Assembly (NCBI RefSeq): GCF_000260965.1
Contig: NC_017856.1
Location: 450,001 to 482,000, forward strand
Reading direction: 5' to 3'
DNA length: 32,000 bases
Origin: Methylophaga frappieri
Lineage (GTDB): Bacteria; Pseudomonadota; Gammaproteobacteria; Nitrosococcales; Methylophagaceae
Shown: piece by piece, positions 1 to 9,084 of the stretch
Layout of the letters: each line of letters begins with the position of its first letter
How positions within the stretch are numbered: position 1 is the stretch's first letter
Position numbers and translations under genes: made by a program
Notes under the pieces: model-generated
Databases searched by the model: none
The model's input: the letters and a program-made list of their open reading frames with translations, nothing else
What the model was told of the DNA's origin: nothing

Positions 1-221
1 AATGGCGTGCCTTCCGGGATTTCCATACCTGGTGGCAAAGATGGCATGCCATTCATACTGCGATCTTCCTGGTTATTCTTGGTGCTGATATTGACAACGG
101 CATCCGCATTCTCTTCAACGAGTTCGGTGAATTCCGGCAAGTTACGTGCCTGTACCTGTAAACTCATCATTAACCAAGCCATAGCAAGACTGAAAATAGC
201 CCAGGATTTCGTTCGTATCAT
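1..221 (-). CDS. mucD: Periplasmic serine endoprotease of the DegP/MucD (HtrA) family; N-terminal 73 codons only, as the gene runs off the left edge
   Basis: Manual minus-strand translation from the ATG at 221-219 gives MIRTKSWAIFSLAMAWLMMSLQVQARNLPEFTELVEENADAVVNISTKNNQEDR... This is a signal peptide followed by the LP(D/E)FT.LVE....VVNIST motif that opens MucD/DegP proteins. The start overlaps the rseC stop as ATGA. It sits after rseC, as in algU-mucABCD. It is absent from the ORF track because it is open-ended. Confidence 0.8.
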   Translation of the reverse strand, partial: MIRTKSWAIFSLAMAWLMMSLQVQARNLPEFTELVEENADAVVNISTKNNQEDRSMNGMPSLPPGMEIPEGTP

Positions 222-643
222 ATTTCTTCCTCTTTCATTTTCATCGCGATAACCGCGTTTTGCTTCTTAAGACTATTTGCCACCCAATAAAAACCGACAA
301 ACAGTCCTATCCCACCCGTTAGCGTCTGCACGAGATCAGGCCAGCCTAGCCATCGACTGAGACCCGCCCCGACAAACATTGCCAACAGGGGCAACAAATA
401 CATTAAAAATGCCCCATTTAATAAAGCCTGTTCAGGAATTGCCACCGTAACTTGCTGACCAATCCGAACTGACCCGGTGTATGGGACAGCAATTCTATTA
501 AAACGTTTGCCAACATGGTTAGCTAGCAGGCCTGTTCCACATCCTTGTCGAACCTGACAGCCACCACAGGTCGTCTGGCGCTGTGCTTCAACCCAGACCT
601 GATTTCTTTCAACAGCAATCACCGTTGCTGCTTGTTCAATCAC
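218..643 (-). CDS. rseC: Sigma-E regulatory protein RseC/MucC (SoxR-reducing system family)
   Basis: 141 aa. It has an N-terminal cysteine cluster (TTCGGCQVRQGCG) and two C-terminal hydrophobic helices. The GTG start overlaps the rseB stop as GTGA. It is the fourth gene of the rpoE operon. Confidence 0.85.
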   Translation of the reverse strand: MIEQAATVIAVERNQVWVEAQRQTTCGGCQVRQGCGTGLLANHVGKRFNRIAVPYTGSVRIGQQVTVAIPEQALLNGAFLMYLLPLLAMFVGAGLSRWLGWPDLVQTLTGGIGLFVGFYWVANSLKKQNAVIAMKMKEEEI

Positions 644-1620
644 GGTGCGGTTCCAGACAATTGGAATGTGATGTTTGTACCAATTTTTTCAACTGTGTGA
701 GCAGGGACTTCACCAACAACCGTCACAAAGTGGGCATGAATAATTTTGCCATAGGCATTCATCGCCCCAACATTTGAAACGCCAAGAAGGTGCGCTGGTC
801 GAGAGCGGGTTTTTTCAATAAAAACGGAAACTGCACTCAAACCATCACTATAGACACGTTGCTCTACATAAGCGCCATTGTTAGCACGTAACCGATTCTG
901 TGCTGCAACCAGACTGAATCCCTCTGGCAACCAATTTGCTTGCCAGTTTGAAATCAGTTTATCGGAACTGGTATCCAAGGGCGTACCCGGTTCTGATTGA
1001 TACCAAATCATCTCATGGCCACCGGTTTGCGCTTTAAATTGGTGATCTTCGATAGGTGTTTGCGTATCAATTGATGAAAAAGAAAAAGTTTCCAACACCG
1101 CTTTCGTTTCAGACAACAGCTCTGACTTAAGCAGTAAATCGGTTTCGATATCCACCCACATACGATAGCCATATCGGTAATCATCAACCGGCGTAATGGC
1201 TAAAACCTGACTTTGTCGGCCGGCAACCCGCTCAATATCCCCCAATGTAACCTCGTAAAAAGGCGTGGCAGAGCGTAGTCTGCGGGGTAAATCGCTTGGA
1301 AAGCCTTGACCTAATGGACGTCTGCTGACATTAACCTGCTCGACCTCAGGATTGATACAGGTAACCATATCGTTAGAGCGAATTACCTCTCTGGCAGCGC
1401 CATTCAAAGAAATAAGTCGTTCCATTTCACCCAACTCATTGTTGCGGTGATATATCTGTACAGACTGTATGGCGCTATCATTGTGGTAAGTGAATACGCC
1501 TTGGTAGGTTAGCTCTTTTCCTGCTCGCGTCATGCGTTCGAGCAAATCAATCGCATCACTGCTTGACCAAGCCAATCCTGGCATCAAAAAAAATAGTGTG
1601 AAAGCCAGGGTCCTCAACAT
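640..1620 (-). CDS. rseB: Sigma-E regulatory periplasmic protein RseB/MucB
   Basis: 326 aa with a signal peptide (MLRTLAFTLFFLMPGLAWS). Its size and its position between the anti-sigma factor and rseC are typical of RseB/MucB. Confidence 0.85.
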   Translation of the reverse strand: MLRTLAFTLFFLMPGLAWSSSDAIDLLERMTRAGKELTYQGVFTYHNDSAIQSVQIYHRNNELGEMERLISLNGAAREVIRSNDMVTCINPEVEQVNVSRRPLGQGFPSDLPRRLRSATPFYEVTLGDIERVAGRQSQVLAITPVDDYRYGYRMWVDIETDLLLKSELLSETKAVLETFSFSSIDTQTPIEDHQFKAQTGGHEMIWYQSEPGTPLDTSSDKLISNWQANWLPEGFSLVAAQNRLRANNGAYVEQRVYSDGLSAVSVFIEKTRSRPAHLLGVSNVGAMNAYGKIIHAHFVTVVGEVPAHTVEKIGTNITFQLSGTAP

Positions 1621-1622
1621 CG

Positions 1623-2198
1623 TTACTGCTCCGCCCCGTAGGAAACAACACGACCGTATGAAAACATACCTGCACCACCAGCGTATTCATTGTGATCAAC
1701 CAAATAATGATTCAATCGATCTTCTACTTCAGGCGCTTCAACTATCCAGCGATTGACTCTGACCACAGGCGATGTGCTGGCAGTTTGTGGCGCGGACTCG
1801 ACTGCTGCTACCGGCATCGATTGAAATCCAGTTTGGATACTGGGCTGCATTACGCCGACTACCGCCAAAGCTCCCACTGACGCTGCAACAGCGAGACCAG
1901 CGGCTTGTTTCCAGACTTTGGCCGGAAAGCGAATAATATTAGATTGATGACGACGCTCAGATTGGCTATAGACCGGTTCATTCGCGAGTTGCGCAGACAG
2001 CCGCAAGGTTAAATCAACGGGGCGTTGCTTAAGACCTCGAGTATAGCCATGCATCACATCACGCGTGTGTTGCCAACGCAGATAATCTGCCTTGACGTCC
2101 GCATCATTACTAATCAATTCGATTGCTTCGGTCAACGCATCGCCAGATAGTTGACCATCCATTAATGCAGAGAGCATCTCACGATGATTCACTGTCAT
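1623..2198 (-). CDS. rseA: Anti-sigma-E factor RseA/MucA
   Basis: 191 aa. It has an N-terminal anti-sigma domain (EMLSALMDGQLSGD...YLRWQHTRDVMHG) and a central TM helix (AAGLAVAASVGALAVVGV). It starts 3 nt after the rpoE stop. Confidence 0.85.
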   Translation of the reverse strand: MTVNHREMLSALMDGQLSGDALTEAIELISNDADVKADYLRWQHTRDVMHGYTRGLKQRPVDLTLRLSAQLANEPVYSQSERRHQSNIIRFPAKVWKQAAGLAVAASVGALAVVGVMQPSIQTGFQSMPVAAVESAPQTASTSPVVRVNRWIVEAPEVEDRLNHYLVDHNEYAGGAGMFSYGRVVSYGAEQ

Positions 2199-2201
2199 AA
2201 T

Positions 2202-2777
2202 TTAATCCTCTTCACCCATTACTGCTTTAACTTGTTTATCAATTGCTTCACGCGCCCGGAATATCCTTGACCTGACGGTACCGATTGGACAATCCATTGC
2301 CTGTGCGATTTCTTCGTAACTCATTCCCTCAAATTCACGTAACTTGATGGCCGTTGCGGTATCTTCGGGCAGATCTTCAATAACTTGTTGTATTGCCTGT
2401 TCCAACTCAATACTCATGAGACTGTTTTCCGGGGTCTCAAATTCCTTCAACTCCGGTGCATCGTAATAAATTGTTGCATCCATAGCGTCCACATCACTGA
2501 CCGGTGGTCTTCTGGCACTAGCGGTAAGATGATTTTTGGACGTGTTAATGGCGATGCGATACAGCCAAGTATAAAACGCACTATCCCCGCGAAAACCGGG
2601 CAAAGCACGGTAAGCTTTGATAAAGGCTTCTTGAGCAACATCCATAGCTTCCACCGGATCATGGACAAATCCGGTGATGACATGAATGATGCGTTGCTGA
2701 TACTTCATGATCAGCAGGTCGAACGCTTTTTTATCACCAGCCTGCACCCGTTCAACTAATTCTTGATCGACACTCAT
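2202..2777 (-). CDS. rpoE: ECF RNA polymerase sigma factor sigma-E (RpoE/AlgU)
   Basis: MSVDQELVERVQAGDKKAFDLLIMKYQQRI... parallels the N-terminus of E. coli RpoE and AlgU, and the region 2 and region 4 ECF layout is present. I moved the start to the ATG at 2777. The ORF-track start at 2804 adds 9 unlikely residues. Confidence 0.95.
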   Translation of the reverse strand: MSVDQELVERVQAGDKKAFDLLIMKYQQRIIHVITGFVHDPVEAMDVAQEAFIKAYRALPGFRGDSAFYTWLYRIAINTSKNHLTASARRPPVSDVDAMDATIYYDAPELKEFETPENSLMSIELEQAIQQVIEDLPEDTATAIKLREFEGMSYEEIAQAMDCPIGTVRSRIFRAREAIDKQVKAVMGEED

Positions 2778-2828
2778 TCTGTGATCCGGTCTGCTCCGAA
2801 ACACCGGAGGTCTGTTATTTTCATTGCT

Positions 2829-2858
2829 TGATTGACCAAACTCATTTTTATTTGTTCC
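2829..2858 (-). promoter_or_regulatory. Candidate sigma-E-dependent autoregulated promoter of rpoE
   Basis: The minus strand reads GGAACAA-N16-TCAAT. The -35 element is at 2858-2852 and the -10 element at 2835-2831. This matches the sigma-E consensus GGAACTT-N16-TCAAA. It lies about 50 nt upstream of the rpoE ATG. Confidence 0.5.
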
Positions 2859-2899
2859 ACAATCCGTGCAAAATACTTGCAGGCATTCTACCTGTTTCC

Positions 2900-4510
2900 A
2901 TGAACATGGCTACTACACATCAATTTGATCTGCTTATTATTGGCAGCGGTACCGCTGGTCTGACACTTGCCCTGCACATGGCAGACACGGCAAACGTGGC
3001 GGTAATATCCAAGAGCCAGCTTGAAGAAGGCGCCTCCCTGTATGCGCAAGGGGGTATTTCTGTCGTGCTTGATAAAACTGATTCGTTGCAATCCCACATT
3101 GATGACACCATAACGGCTGGCGATGGATTATGCGACCCCGAGGTGGTGAAATATACCGTTGAACACGCCCGCGAAGCAGTTGAGTGGTTGATTGAGCAAG
3201 GCGTGTCGTTCACACGAGACGAAGATAAACACAGCCATTTCCACTTAACTCGTGAAGGCGGTCATAGCCACCGTCGTATCATTCACTCTGCAGATGCAAC
3301 GGGACGGGCGGTAGAAACAACCCTGCTCGACAAAGCCAAAGCACACCCGAATATTCATTTATTTCCGTATCATATTGGCATTGACCTTATCACCAGTCGC
3401 AAGCAACTTGGCGCACAAGAAAATACCTGTCTTGGCTGTTATGCGTTGGATATCAAAGCCGATAAACCCATCACTTTTCTGGCGCCGGTAACCGTGCTGG
3501 CAACTGGTGGCGCGGGCAAGGTTTATCTTTACACCAGTAACCCGGATGTTTCTACAGGGGATGGTATCGCCATGGGCTGGCGAGCGGGTTGCCGTATCGC
3601 CAACATGGAATTTATACAATTCCATCCGACCTGTTTATATCACCCCAAAGCCAAATCCTTTCTTATCAGCGAATCCCTGCGCGGTGAAGGGGCTTTGCTG
3701 AAACTAGCCGATGGCACCCGGTTTATGCCCGCATTTCATGAACTTGCTGAACTGGCACCAAGGGATATCGTCGCTAGGGCAATTGATCATGAAATGAAAC
3801 GATTAGGTCATGACTGCGTTTATCTTGATATTAGCCATCAGCCTGCCGGATTCATTCAAAGCCATTTCCCCACAATTTATCAACGCTGTCTCTCGTTTGG
3901 CATAGATATCAGTCAATCGCCAATCCCCGTTGTGCCAGCCGCCCATTACACGTGTGGTGGCATTGTCACCGATGTGCATGGCAGAACTGATATTCCAGGC
4001 CTTTACGCCATCGGTGAAACGGCACACACCGGTTTGCATGGTGCCAACCGCATGGCCAGTAACTCTTTGTTAGAGTGTCTGGTTTTTGCACGTGCAGCCG
4101 CCAAAGACATCCAACAGTCTCAGATTACCCGGCCAATTTCGGCGATACCAGAATGGGATGATAGTCGCGTATTTCCCGCCAAGGAAGCGGTCGCAATTAG
4201 TCATAACTGGGACGAACTTCGCCGCTTTATGTGGGACTATGTTGGCATCGTTCGCAGTAATGAACGACTCCACAAAGCCCGGCAGCGGTTATCTTTGTTG
4301 AAACAGGAAATTGATGAGTTTTACAGTCGCCATCACATCAGCAATGATCTTCTGGAATTGCGTAATCTGGCTGATGTTGCCGAGTTGATTATCCGGTCTG
4401 CACAAACTCGTCATGAAAGCCGGGGGCTGCATTTTAACCTCGACTACCCAACACTCAATCCGCATCAACCACCAGAAAACACGCTTATTGCGGGCCAACA
4501 GGCTGACTGA
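2900..4510 (+). CDS. nadB: L-aspartate oxidase
   Basis: The FAD-binding N-terminus is FDLLIIGSGTAGL. HPTCLYHPKAKSFLISESLRGEGA and SHRRIIH motifs are present, with a C-terminal RHESRGLHF. It is divergent from rpoE, as in Pseudomonas and E. coli. The start is taken as the ATG at 2900 (or 2906), because the ORF-track start at 2828 is a TTG extension. Confidence 0.95.
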   Translation: MNMATTHQFDLLIIGSGTAGLTLALHMADTANVAVISKSQLEEGASLYAQGGISVVLDKTDSLQSHIDDTITAGDGLCDPEVVKYTVEHAREAVEWLIEQGVSFTRDEDKHSHFHLTREGGHSHRRIIHSADATGRAVETTLLDKAKAHPNIHLFPYHIGIDLITSRKQLGAQENTCLGCYALDIKADKPITFLAPVTVLATGGAGKVYLYTSNPDVSTGDGIAMGWRAGCRIANMEFIQFHPTCLYHPKAKSFLISESLRGEGALLKLADGTRFMPAFHELAELAPRDIVARAIDHEMKRLGHDCVYLDISHQPAGFIQSHFPTIYQRCLSFGIDISQSPIPVVPAAHYTCGGIVTDVHGRTDIPGLYAIGETAHTGLHGANRMASNSLLECLVFARAAAKDIQQSQITRPISAIPEWDDSRVFPAKEAVAISHNWDELRRFMWDYVGIVRSNERLHKARQRLSLLKQEIDEFYSRHHISNDLLELRNLADVAELIIRSAQTRHESRGLHFNLDYPTLNPHQPPENTLIAGQQAD

Positions 4511-4904
4511 GTCGAATGCGCAGCTGTCGCCCATGTTCAGCCGAAATACTGTCGCAAAATAATACCAGACTGCGCTTACCTTTTTGTTGAGTATGGTAGT
4601 GAATGATGATCAAAGGCAGACTAACAAAACATTGCTTTATGGTAATCAGGCAAGCATGACCTTGCTCATCCGTCAATTGCCAACCGGTGGCGTCATCAAC
4701 AATCAAAAACTGACGCAGACTCGCCTGACGTCGCTTGAAAAAGTAAACATAATGCCATGCCACAAATATTATTATGGCCAGTTTCATCCCAACCGACAGG
4801 GTAGCAATCAGAATGGCGATGATGGCCAACAGGTGCAAAACTATTGCTAGCCAAACCGCGATTCGTGACGGCACAATCGTGACCTCTAGTCGTGGCGCAT
4901 TCAT
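4485..4904 (-). CDS. ygfX: YgfX/CptA-like inner-membrane protein (DUF1434-type)
   Basis: 139 aa from the ATG at 4904. The TTG at 4985 is an unlikely extension. Two adjacent TM helices (IAVWLAIVLHLLAIIAILIATL / MKLAIIIFVAWHYVYFF) are followed by a soluble tail ending LVLFCDSISAEHGRQLRIRL, which resembles E. coli YgfX (...LWLAADSMDEAEWRDLRRIL). It sits between nadB and ygfZ. Confidence 0.6.
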   Translation of the reverse strand: MNAPRLEVTIVPSRIAVWLAIVLHLLAIIAILIATLSVGMKLAIIIFVAWHYVYFFKRRQASLRQFLIVDDATGWQLTDEQGHACLITIKQCFVSLPLIIIHYHTQQKGKRSLVLFCDSISAEHGRQLRIRLSQPVGPQ

Positions 4905-4966
4905 AAATTTGGGTTCCACATAGTCTGTCGTTACAATAAGTGTCTGTCCTATTAGCGGAAATCGCA

Positions 4967-5863
4967 ATGTCTGATGAGCTAACAAGCATCCTTGAACAAC
5001 AAACAGCCTGCTTACCTCAACCGAGCCTGAACCAAGCTGGGTTTTGTTTTTTATCTGACTGGCGGTACCTGATTGTTGAGGGTGAGGACGCTGCCTCTTT
5101 TTTACAAAACCTGCTAACGAATGACGTCAATCAGTGTCAGCCCGGCCAAGCACAATTAACCGGATTTTGTCAGGCTAAAGGTCGGTTATTGGGTATTTTC
5201 TGGTTGATTCGAAATCCGGATAACTTCTTTTTAGTTTTATCAGCAGACCAGCAGGATTTTATTCGTCAGCGGCTTGATATGTTTCGACTGCGTAGCAAAA
5301 TCACCATTCAGAATGGTGGCCAACCGGTCATTGGTTTTTTGGATCAAACCACCCCGCTACCTGACACGGCCCAGATCCAAAATAACCTGGCGATTGCCGT
5401 CATGGATACCGATATCCTGGCCAAGCTTATCGAAGAAACCACGCTGATACCGCGCGCCCAAGCAGACTGGCAAACACGACTTGTTAAAGCTGGCTTGCCG
5501 CAAATTTATGCTATCACTAGAGAGAAATTTACGGCTCAACAGGTCAATCTTGACACTGCCGGGGGCGTCAGCTTTCGAAAAGGCTGCTATCCAGGTCAAG
5601 AGGTTGTCGCCCGGCTACACTATCTGGGTGAAGCTAAACGGCGATTATTTACCGGGTTCGTCCAAACTGAATATGACTTTTCCGTCGGTGAAGATATTTT
5701 AACCGAAGACGGTTCAATTGCCGGGCAACTGGTGCAGTATGGTGTTGCCGAAAATAATACCTGGATACTTCAAATGACACTCAAACTATCCATGGCTGAA
5801 CACACTTTGAAACTTGCCGATGGAACACCGATTAAGCAGGTCTCTCCTCTGCCGCGAGACTAG
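4967..5863 (+). CDS. ygfZ: Folate-binding Fe-S cluster repair / tRNA-modification protein YgfZ
   Basis: The signature KGCYPGQE motif is present (SFRKGCYPGQEVVARLHY). The length of about 300 aa and the GcvT-like layout also fit. The start may be the ATG at 4967 or the GTG at 4940. Confidence 0.85.
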   Translation: MSDELTSILEQQTACLPQPSLNQAGFCFLSDWRYLIVEGEDAASFLQNLLTNDVNQCQPGQAQLTGFCQAKGRLLGIFWLIRNPDNFFLVLSADQQDFIRQRLDMFRLRSKITIQNGGQPVIGFLDQTTPLPDTAQIQNNLAIAVMDTDILAKLIEETTLIPRAQADWQTRLVKAGLPQIYAITREKFTAQQVNLDTAGGVSFRKGCYPGQEVVARLHYLGEAKRRLFTGFVQTEYDFSVGEDILTEDGSIAGQLVQYGVAENNTWILQMTLKLSMAEHTLKLADGTPIKQVSPLPRD

Positions 5864-7245
5864 TCAATATCCAGCTTTTTGAGTTTGTAGCGCAAGGCAC
5901 GAAAACTGATTCCCAGTTTTTTTGCCGCTGCCGTTCGGTTCCAGCGTGTTTCTGACAATGCCTGCTCAATCAAAACGCGCTCTTGAGAAGCCATTTGTGC
6001 AGATAAATCTTCTGCAAGCGCTGTTTCTTCATTGTTTTGATCATTGTTGAACTCAGGCGAATCCTCAGCTGACAATCGCTGCGGCCGCTTGGGCAACATT
6101 AGGTCTTGCGGTTTAATTTCTTCACCTTCCGACCACGTTAAAGCCCTTTCCAGTGTATTTTCCAATTCACGCACATTACCCGGAAAAGCATAATTCTGAA
6201 GTGCGGCCATGGCAGCTTCACTCAAACTGGGATTGCGCTGTTGGTTTTTGTCGGCCAACCGCTGCAAAATAGCTTCGGCAAGCAGCGGAATATCAGAAGC
6301 ACGATCCCGCAGTGCCGGGACATTGAGCTCGATGACATTTAAGCGATAGAACAAATCCTCGCGAAAGCTGCCGTTTTTAACACACTGCACCAAATCTTTG
6401 TGCGTCGCCGATAATACGCGTACATCAACAGTAATTTCCTCATGACTACCAACCGGCCGAATGCTTTTTTCCTGAATTGCCCGTAGTAGCTTAACCTGCA
6501 TCATCAAGGGCAAATCCGCAACTTCATCTAAAAATAATGTCCCGCCATCGGCTGCTTGAAATAGCCCCTGTTTATCGGCTATTGCGCCGGTAAAAGCGCC
6601 TTTTTTATGACCGAAAAATTCACTCTCCACTAGCTCCGAAGGGATTGCGCCACAATTCACCGGGACAAAAGCCTGATCGCGGCGAGCACCCAAATCATGG
6701 ATCAAACGCGCAACTAACTCCTTGCCGGTACCGGATTCACCGCTAATATATACCGGTGCCTGACTACGAGATAATTTGGTCACTTTGCTGCGAAGGTCTC
6801 GCATTACCGTCGTGTCGCCTAATAGTCGATGTCTGGAACGTCGTTCCTGTTGTCGTGGTCGCACAGGGGAAAGTTTCATTGCGGCATTAACCAAATCGCG
6901 CAGCGCTCTTAATTTCAACGGTTTGGCAACAAAATCAAAAGCACCGGATTTGAGCGCTTGCACCGCCAAATCCACATTGCCGTGCGCCGTAATCACAGCA
7001 ACCGGTAACTCTGGACGCACGCCTTGTAACCATTTGACAAACTCAAGGCCATCGCCATCCGGCAGACGCATATCGGTAAAACATAAATCAAATGCTTGTT
7101 GTTGTATTGCCTGCTTGGCCTGAGCCAGATTTTCTGCGGTAACACAATCAATCTGCATTCCAGACAATGTCATGCAGATTAATTCCAGAATATCCGCTTC
7201 ATCATCAATAATCAGTGCTTGGGCGTAATGGGTTGCATGACTCAT
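5860..7245 (-). CDS. pilR: Sigma-54-dependent response regulator, PilR-type (REC, AAA+ and Fis-HTH domains)
   Basis: The REC domain has the phospho-acceptor context DLCFTDMRLPDGDG. The Walker A motif is GESGTGKE and the sigma-54 contact loop is GAFTGA. A C-terminal HTH (AAKKLGISFRALRYKLKKL) is present. The start overlaps the stop of the upstream multi-TM kinase as ATGA. Confidence 0.8.
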   Translation of the reverse strand: MSHATHYAQALIIDDEADILELICMTLSGMQIDCVTAENLAQAKQAIQQQAFDLCFTDMRLPDGDGLEFVKWLQGVRPELPVAVITAHGNVDLAVQALKSGAFDFVAKPLKLRALRDLVNAAMKLSPVRPRQQERRSRHRLLGDTTVMRDLRSKVTKLSRSQAPVYISGESGTGKELVARLIHDLGARRDQAFVPVNCGAIPSELVESEFFGHKKGAFTGAIADKQGLFQAADGGTLFLDEVADLPLMMQVKLLRAIQEKSIRPVGSHEEITVDVRVLSATHKDLVQCVKNGSFREDLFYRLNVIELNVPALRDRASDIPLLAEAILQRLADKNQQRNPSLSEAAMAALQNYAFPGNVRELENTLERALTWSEGEEIKPQDLMLPKRPQRLSAEDSPEFNNDQNNEETALAEDLSAQMASQERVLIEQALSETRWNRTAAAKKLGISFRALRYKLKKLDID

Positions 7246-8819
7246 TTTTGTACCGGAAATGTAATTCGAAAACAGCTGCCAGCGTCAGCCAGATAATGAA
7301 GGCGGGCACCATTAGCTTGACATAATTCACGTGCGAGATATAAACCCAGCCCTGTGCCGCCCTGACGAGCAGAATAAAACGGCTCAAACAAATGTTTCAA
7401 GGCCTTTTCACTAACGCCTTGACCATTATCAAGCACATCTATCCAAACCTGGTCTGCATGTTCCTCAACAACTATAGCCAGCGGGGTATCTGCTGATAAG
7501 TCAGCATGGTGCAAACCGTTATCAAGTAAATTCCACAGAATTTGATGCAATTGCTGAGGGTCGGTTCGGACTCGGGTCAATGGCTGCTTTACAGTTAATT
7601 GTAACTTGCTGGCAGGCAATGCTTTGGTTTCGCTAAATTCTTCAATCAGTTTTTCCAGCCATGTTGCCAGCAATACCGAACCGGGTTGCGTAGATTTACG
7701 TCGGCTCATTTGTAGAATGGTTTCTATGATCAGATTCATGCGCGAGCTATGGCGTTGAATAATTGCCGTTAACTTGTTGATGGAGGCATCACCAGAGCGT
7801 TGTTCTGCTAACAACTCACCAGCATGACTTATCGCACTGAGTGGGTTACGAATCTCATGCGCAATACTGGCGGTCAGCCTACCTAAGGAAGCCAACTTGA
7901 GTTGTTGCGCCTGTTGAGCAAGCTCCGTTATGTTTTCAACAAAAATCAGGGTTTCACCGGTTTCAACGCGCGTCGCTCTTGCCTGTAACTCGGGCAAATC
8001 ATGGCGAGGTTGAAAGGGCTGGAAGGCTTCCGGATCACGCAAATGCCAGCGTTGCAACTGACTTGCCAGTTCTGGCACCGCTTCTTTCAACAAAAAACCG
8101 GGTTGCTGCTCTGCAATCGCTAAGAGTTTTCTGGCTGATTCGTTGAATAAGCTCACCCGTCCCTGCATATCAATTGCCAACACGGCATCCTGCATCCGTT
8201 GAATAATATGCTGATTAAGATTTGCCAGTTTGTTAAGTTCTGATGCACGCTGTTCTGCTAAGCTTTGCGAGCGTTGCATTGTTTGCGAGACAATTTGTGC
8301 CAACAATGCAGTCACAAAAAAAATGGCGCCTAATATCCCTGCCTGACTGAAGTGTCCCGTATTTTGCCCGGCTACTTCACCATATGTTGCCTCTATCAAG
8401 ACAGCCAGCGTTGCGACTGCCGCAATAAACGCCGCCATTCGTCCTGGTATCATGGCACCACCAGCGACCACAATCACAATCAGCAACGCCCCTAAACCGG
8501 TCTGTAATCCGCCACTGGTATGAATGATCAATGACAGCATCAGAATATCCAACAGCAATTGCCAACGGCACTGAGAGACAAACTCGCCACCATCACGCAA
8601 ACACAGCCACAGCAGACCAACGGCTAACAGCAGGTAACCAGCGGCAATCAGTTGAAATAAATCGGGTAGTTTTTGTCCCAGATAGTCCGGCGGCAATTGC
8701 CAGAATGAAACCGCAAACAGGACCGTAGCAAGAAATAACCGATAACCCGAAAACAGACGTAAAGCACGCCAGGGATTATCAACAATGACTGGGTCACTCA
8801 CAATGTCGGGATCAGCCAT
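7242..8819 (-). CDS. pilS: Sensor histidine kinase, PilS-type
   Basis: 525 aa. About 6 N-terminal TM helices are followed by a PAS-like segment, an H-box (ASIAHEIRNPLSAI) and HATPase motifs (DNGxG, GTGLGL). It is coupled to the pilR-like gene. Confidence 0.75.
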   Translation of the reverse strand: MADPDIVSDPVIVDNPWRALRLFSGYRLFLATVLFAVSFWQLPPDYLGQKLPDLFQLIAAGYLLLAVGLLWLCLRDGGEFVSQCRWQLLLDILMLSLIIHTSGGLQTGLGALLIVIVVAGGAMIPGRMAAFIAAVATLAVLIEATYGEVAGQNTGHFSQAGILGAIFFVTALLAQIVSQTMQRSQSLAEQRASELNKLANLNQHIIQRMQDAVLAIDMQGRVSLFNESARKLLAIAEQQPGFLLKEAVPELASQLQRWHLRDPEAFQPFQPRHDLPELQARATRVETGETLIFVENITELAQQAQQLKLASLGRLTASIAHEIRNPLSAISHAGELLAEQRSGDASINKLTAIIQRHSSRMNLIIETILQMSRRKSTQPGSVLLATWLEKLIEEFSETKALPASKLQLTVKQPLTRVRTDPQQLHQILWNLLDNGLHHADLSADTPLAIVVEEHADQVWIDVLDNGQGVSEKALKHLFEPFYSARQGGTGLGLYLARELCQANGARLHYLADAGSCFRITFPVQK

Positions 8820-9045
8820 CAGCCTTATTGTGAAAAGCGGTCAGATGCTCCTCGGAACAAAAATAATGGCCATCCTTTTGTCTGGCTTCTTGCGGCAGCA
8901 GATGCAGTCCACAAAAGTCGCAACGCACCATTTGCTGTTCATTAACCCGTTTATTGGCGCGTCGTTCTGCCTGAGCCCGTCGCCATAGATGACGAAAGCT
9001 CAGATACAGTAACAGTCCAATTGCCAGCAAAACCAAAATTCGCAT
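8812..9045 (-). CDS. Small membrane-anchored zinc-ribbon protein (PP0621-like family)
   Basis: 77 aa from the ATG at 9045, with GAGG 6 nt upstream. The ORF-track start at 9057 is a TTG inside the typA terminator U-tract. An N-terminal TM helix (ILVLLAIGLLLYLSF) is followed by C-x2-C-x17-C-x3-H (CDFCG...YFCSEEH). Its 3' end overlaps the pilS start by 8 nt. Confidence 0.6.
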   Translation of the reverse strand: MRILVLLAIGLLLYLSFRHLWRRAQAERRANKRVNEQQMVRCDFCGLHLLPQEARQKDGHYFCSEEHLTAFHNKADG

Positions 9046-9054
9046 AACCGACCT

Positions 9055-9084
9055 CAAAAAAAAGGGTATGCAATAGCATACCCC
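9055..9084 (-). terminator. Rho-independent terminator of typA
   Basis: The minus strand reads GGGTATGC-TATT-GCATACCC followed by T8. The stem spans 9064-9071 and 9076-9083, and the A-run on the plus strand spans 9055-9063. It lies 25 nt after the typA stop. Confidence 0.8.

Noticed and set aside
1586-1593. A8/T8 homopolymer inside the rseB signal-peptide codons (TLFFLMPG). I considered it as a slipped-strand switch analogous to muc mutations in Pseudomonas.
   Set aside because: An 8-nt A/T run is short for phase variation, it simply encodes Phe-Phe-Leu, and there is no evidence of variability in a single sequence.
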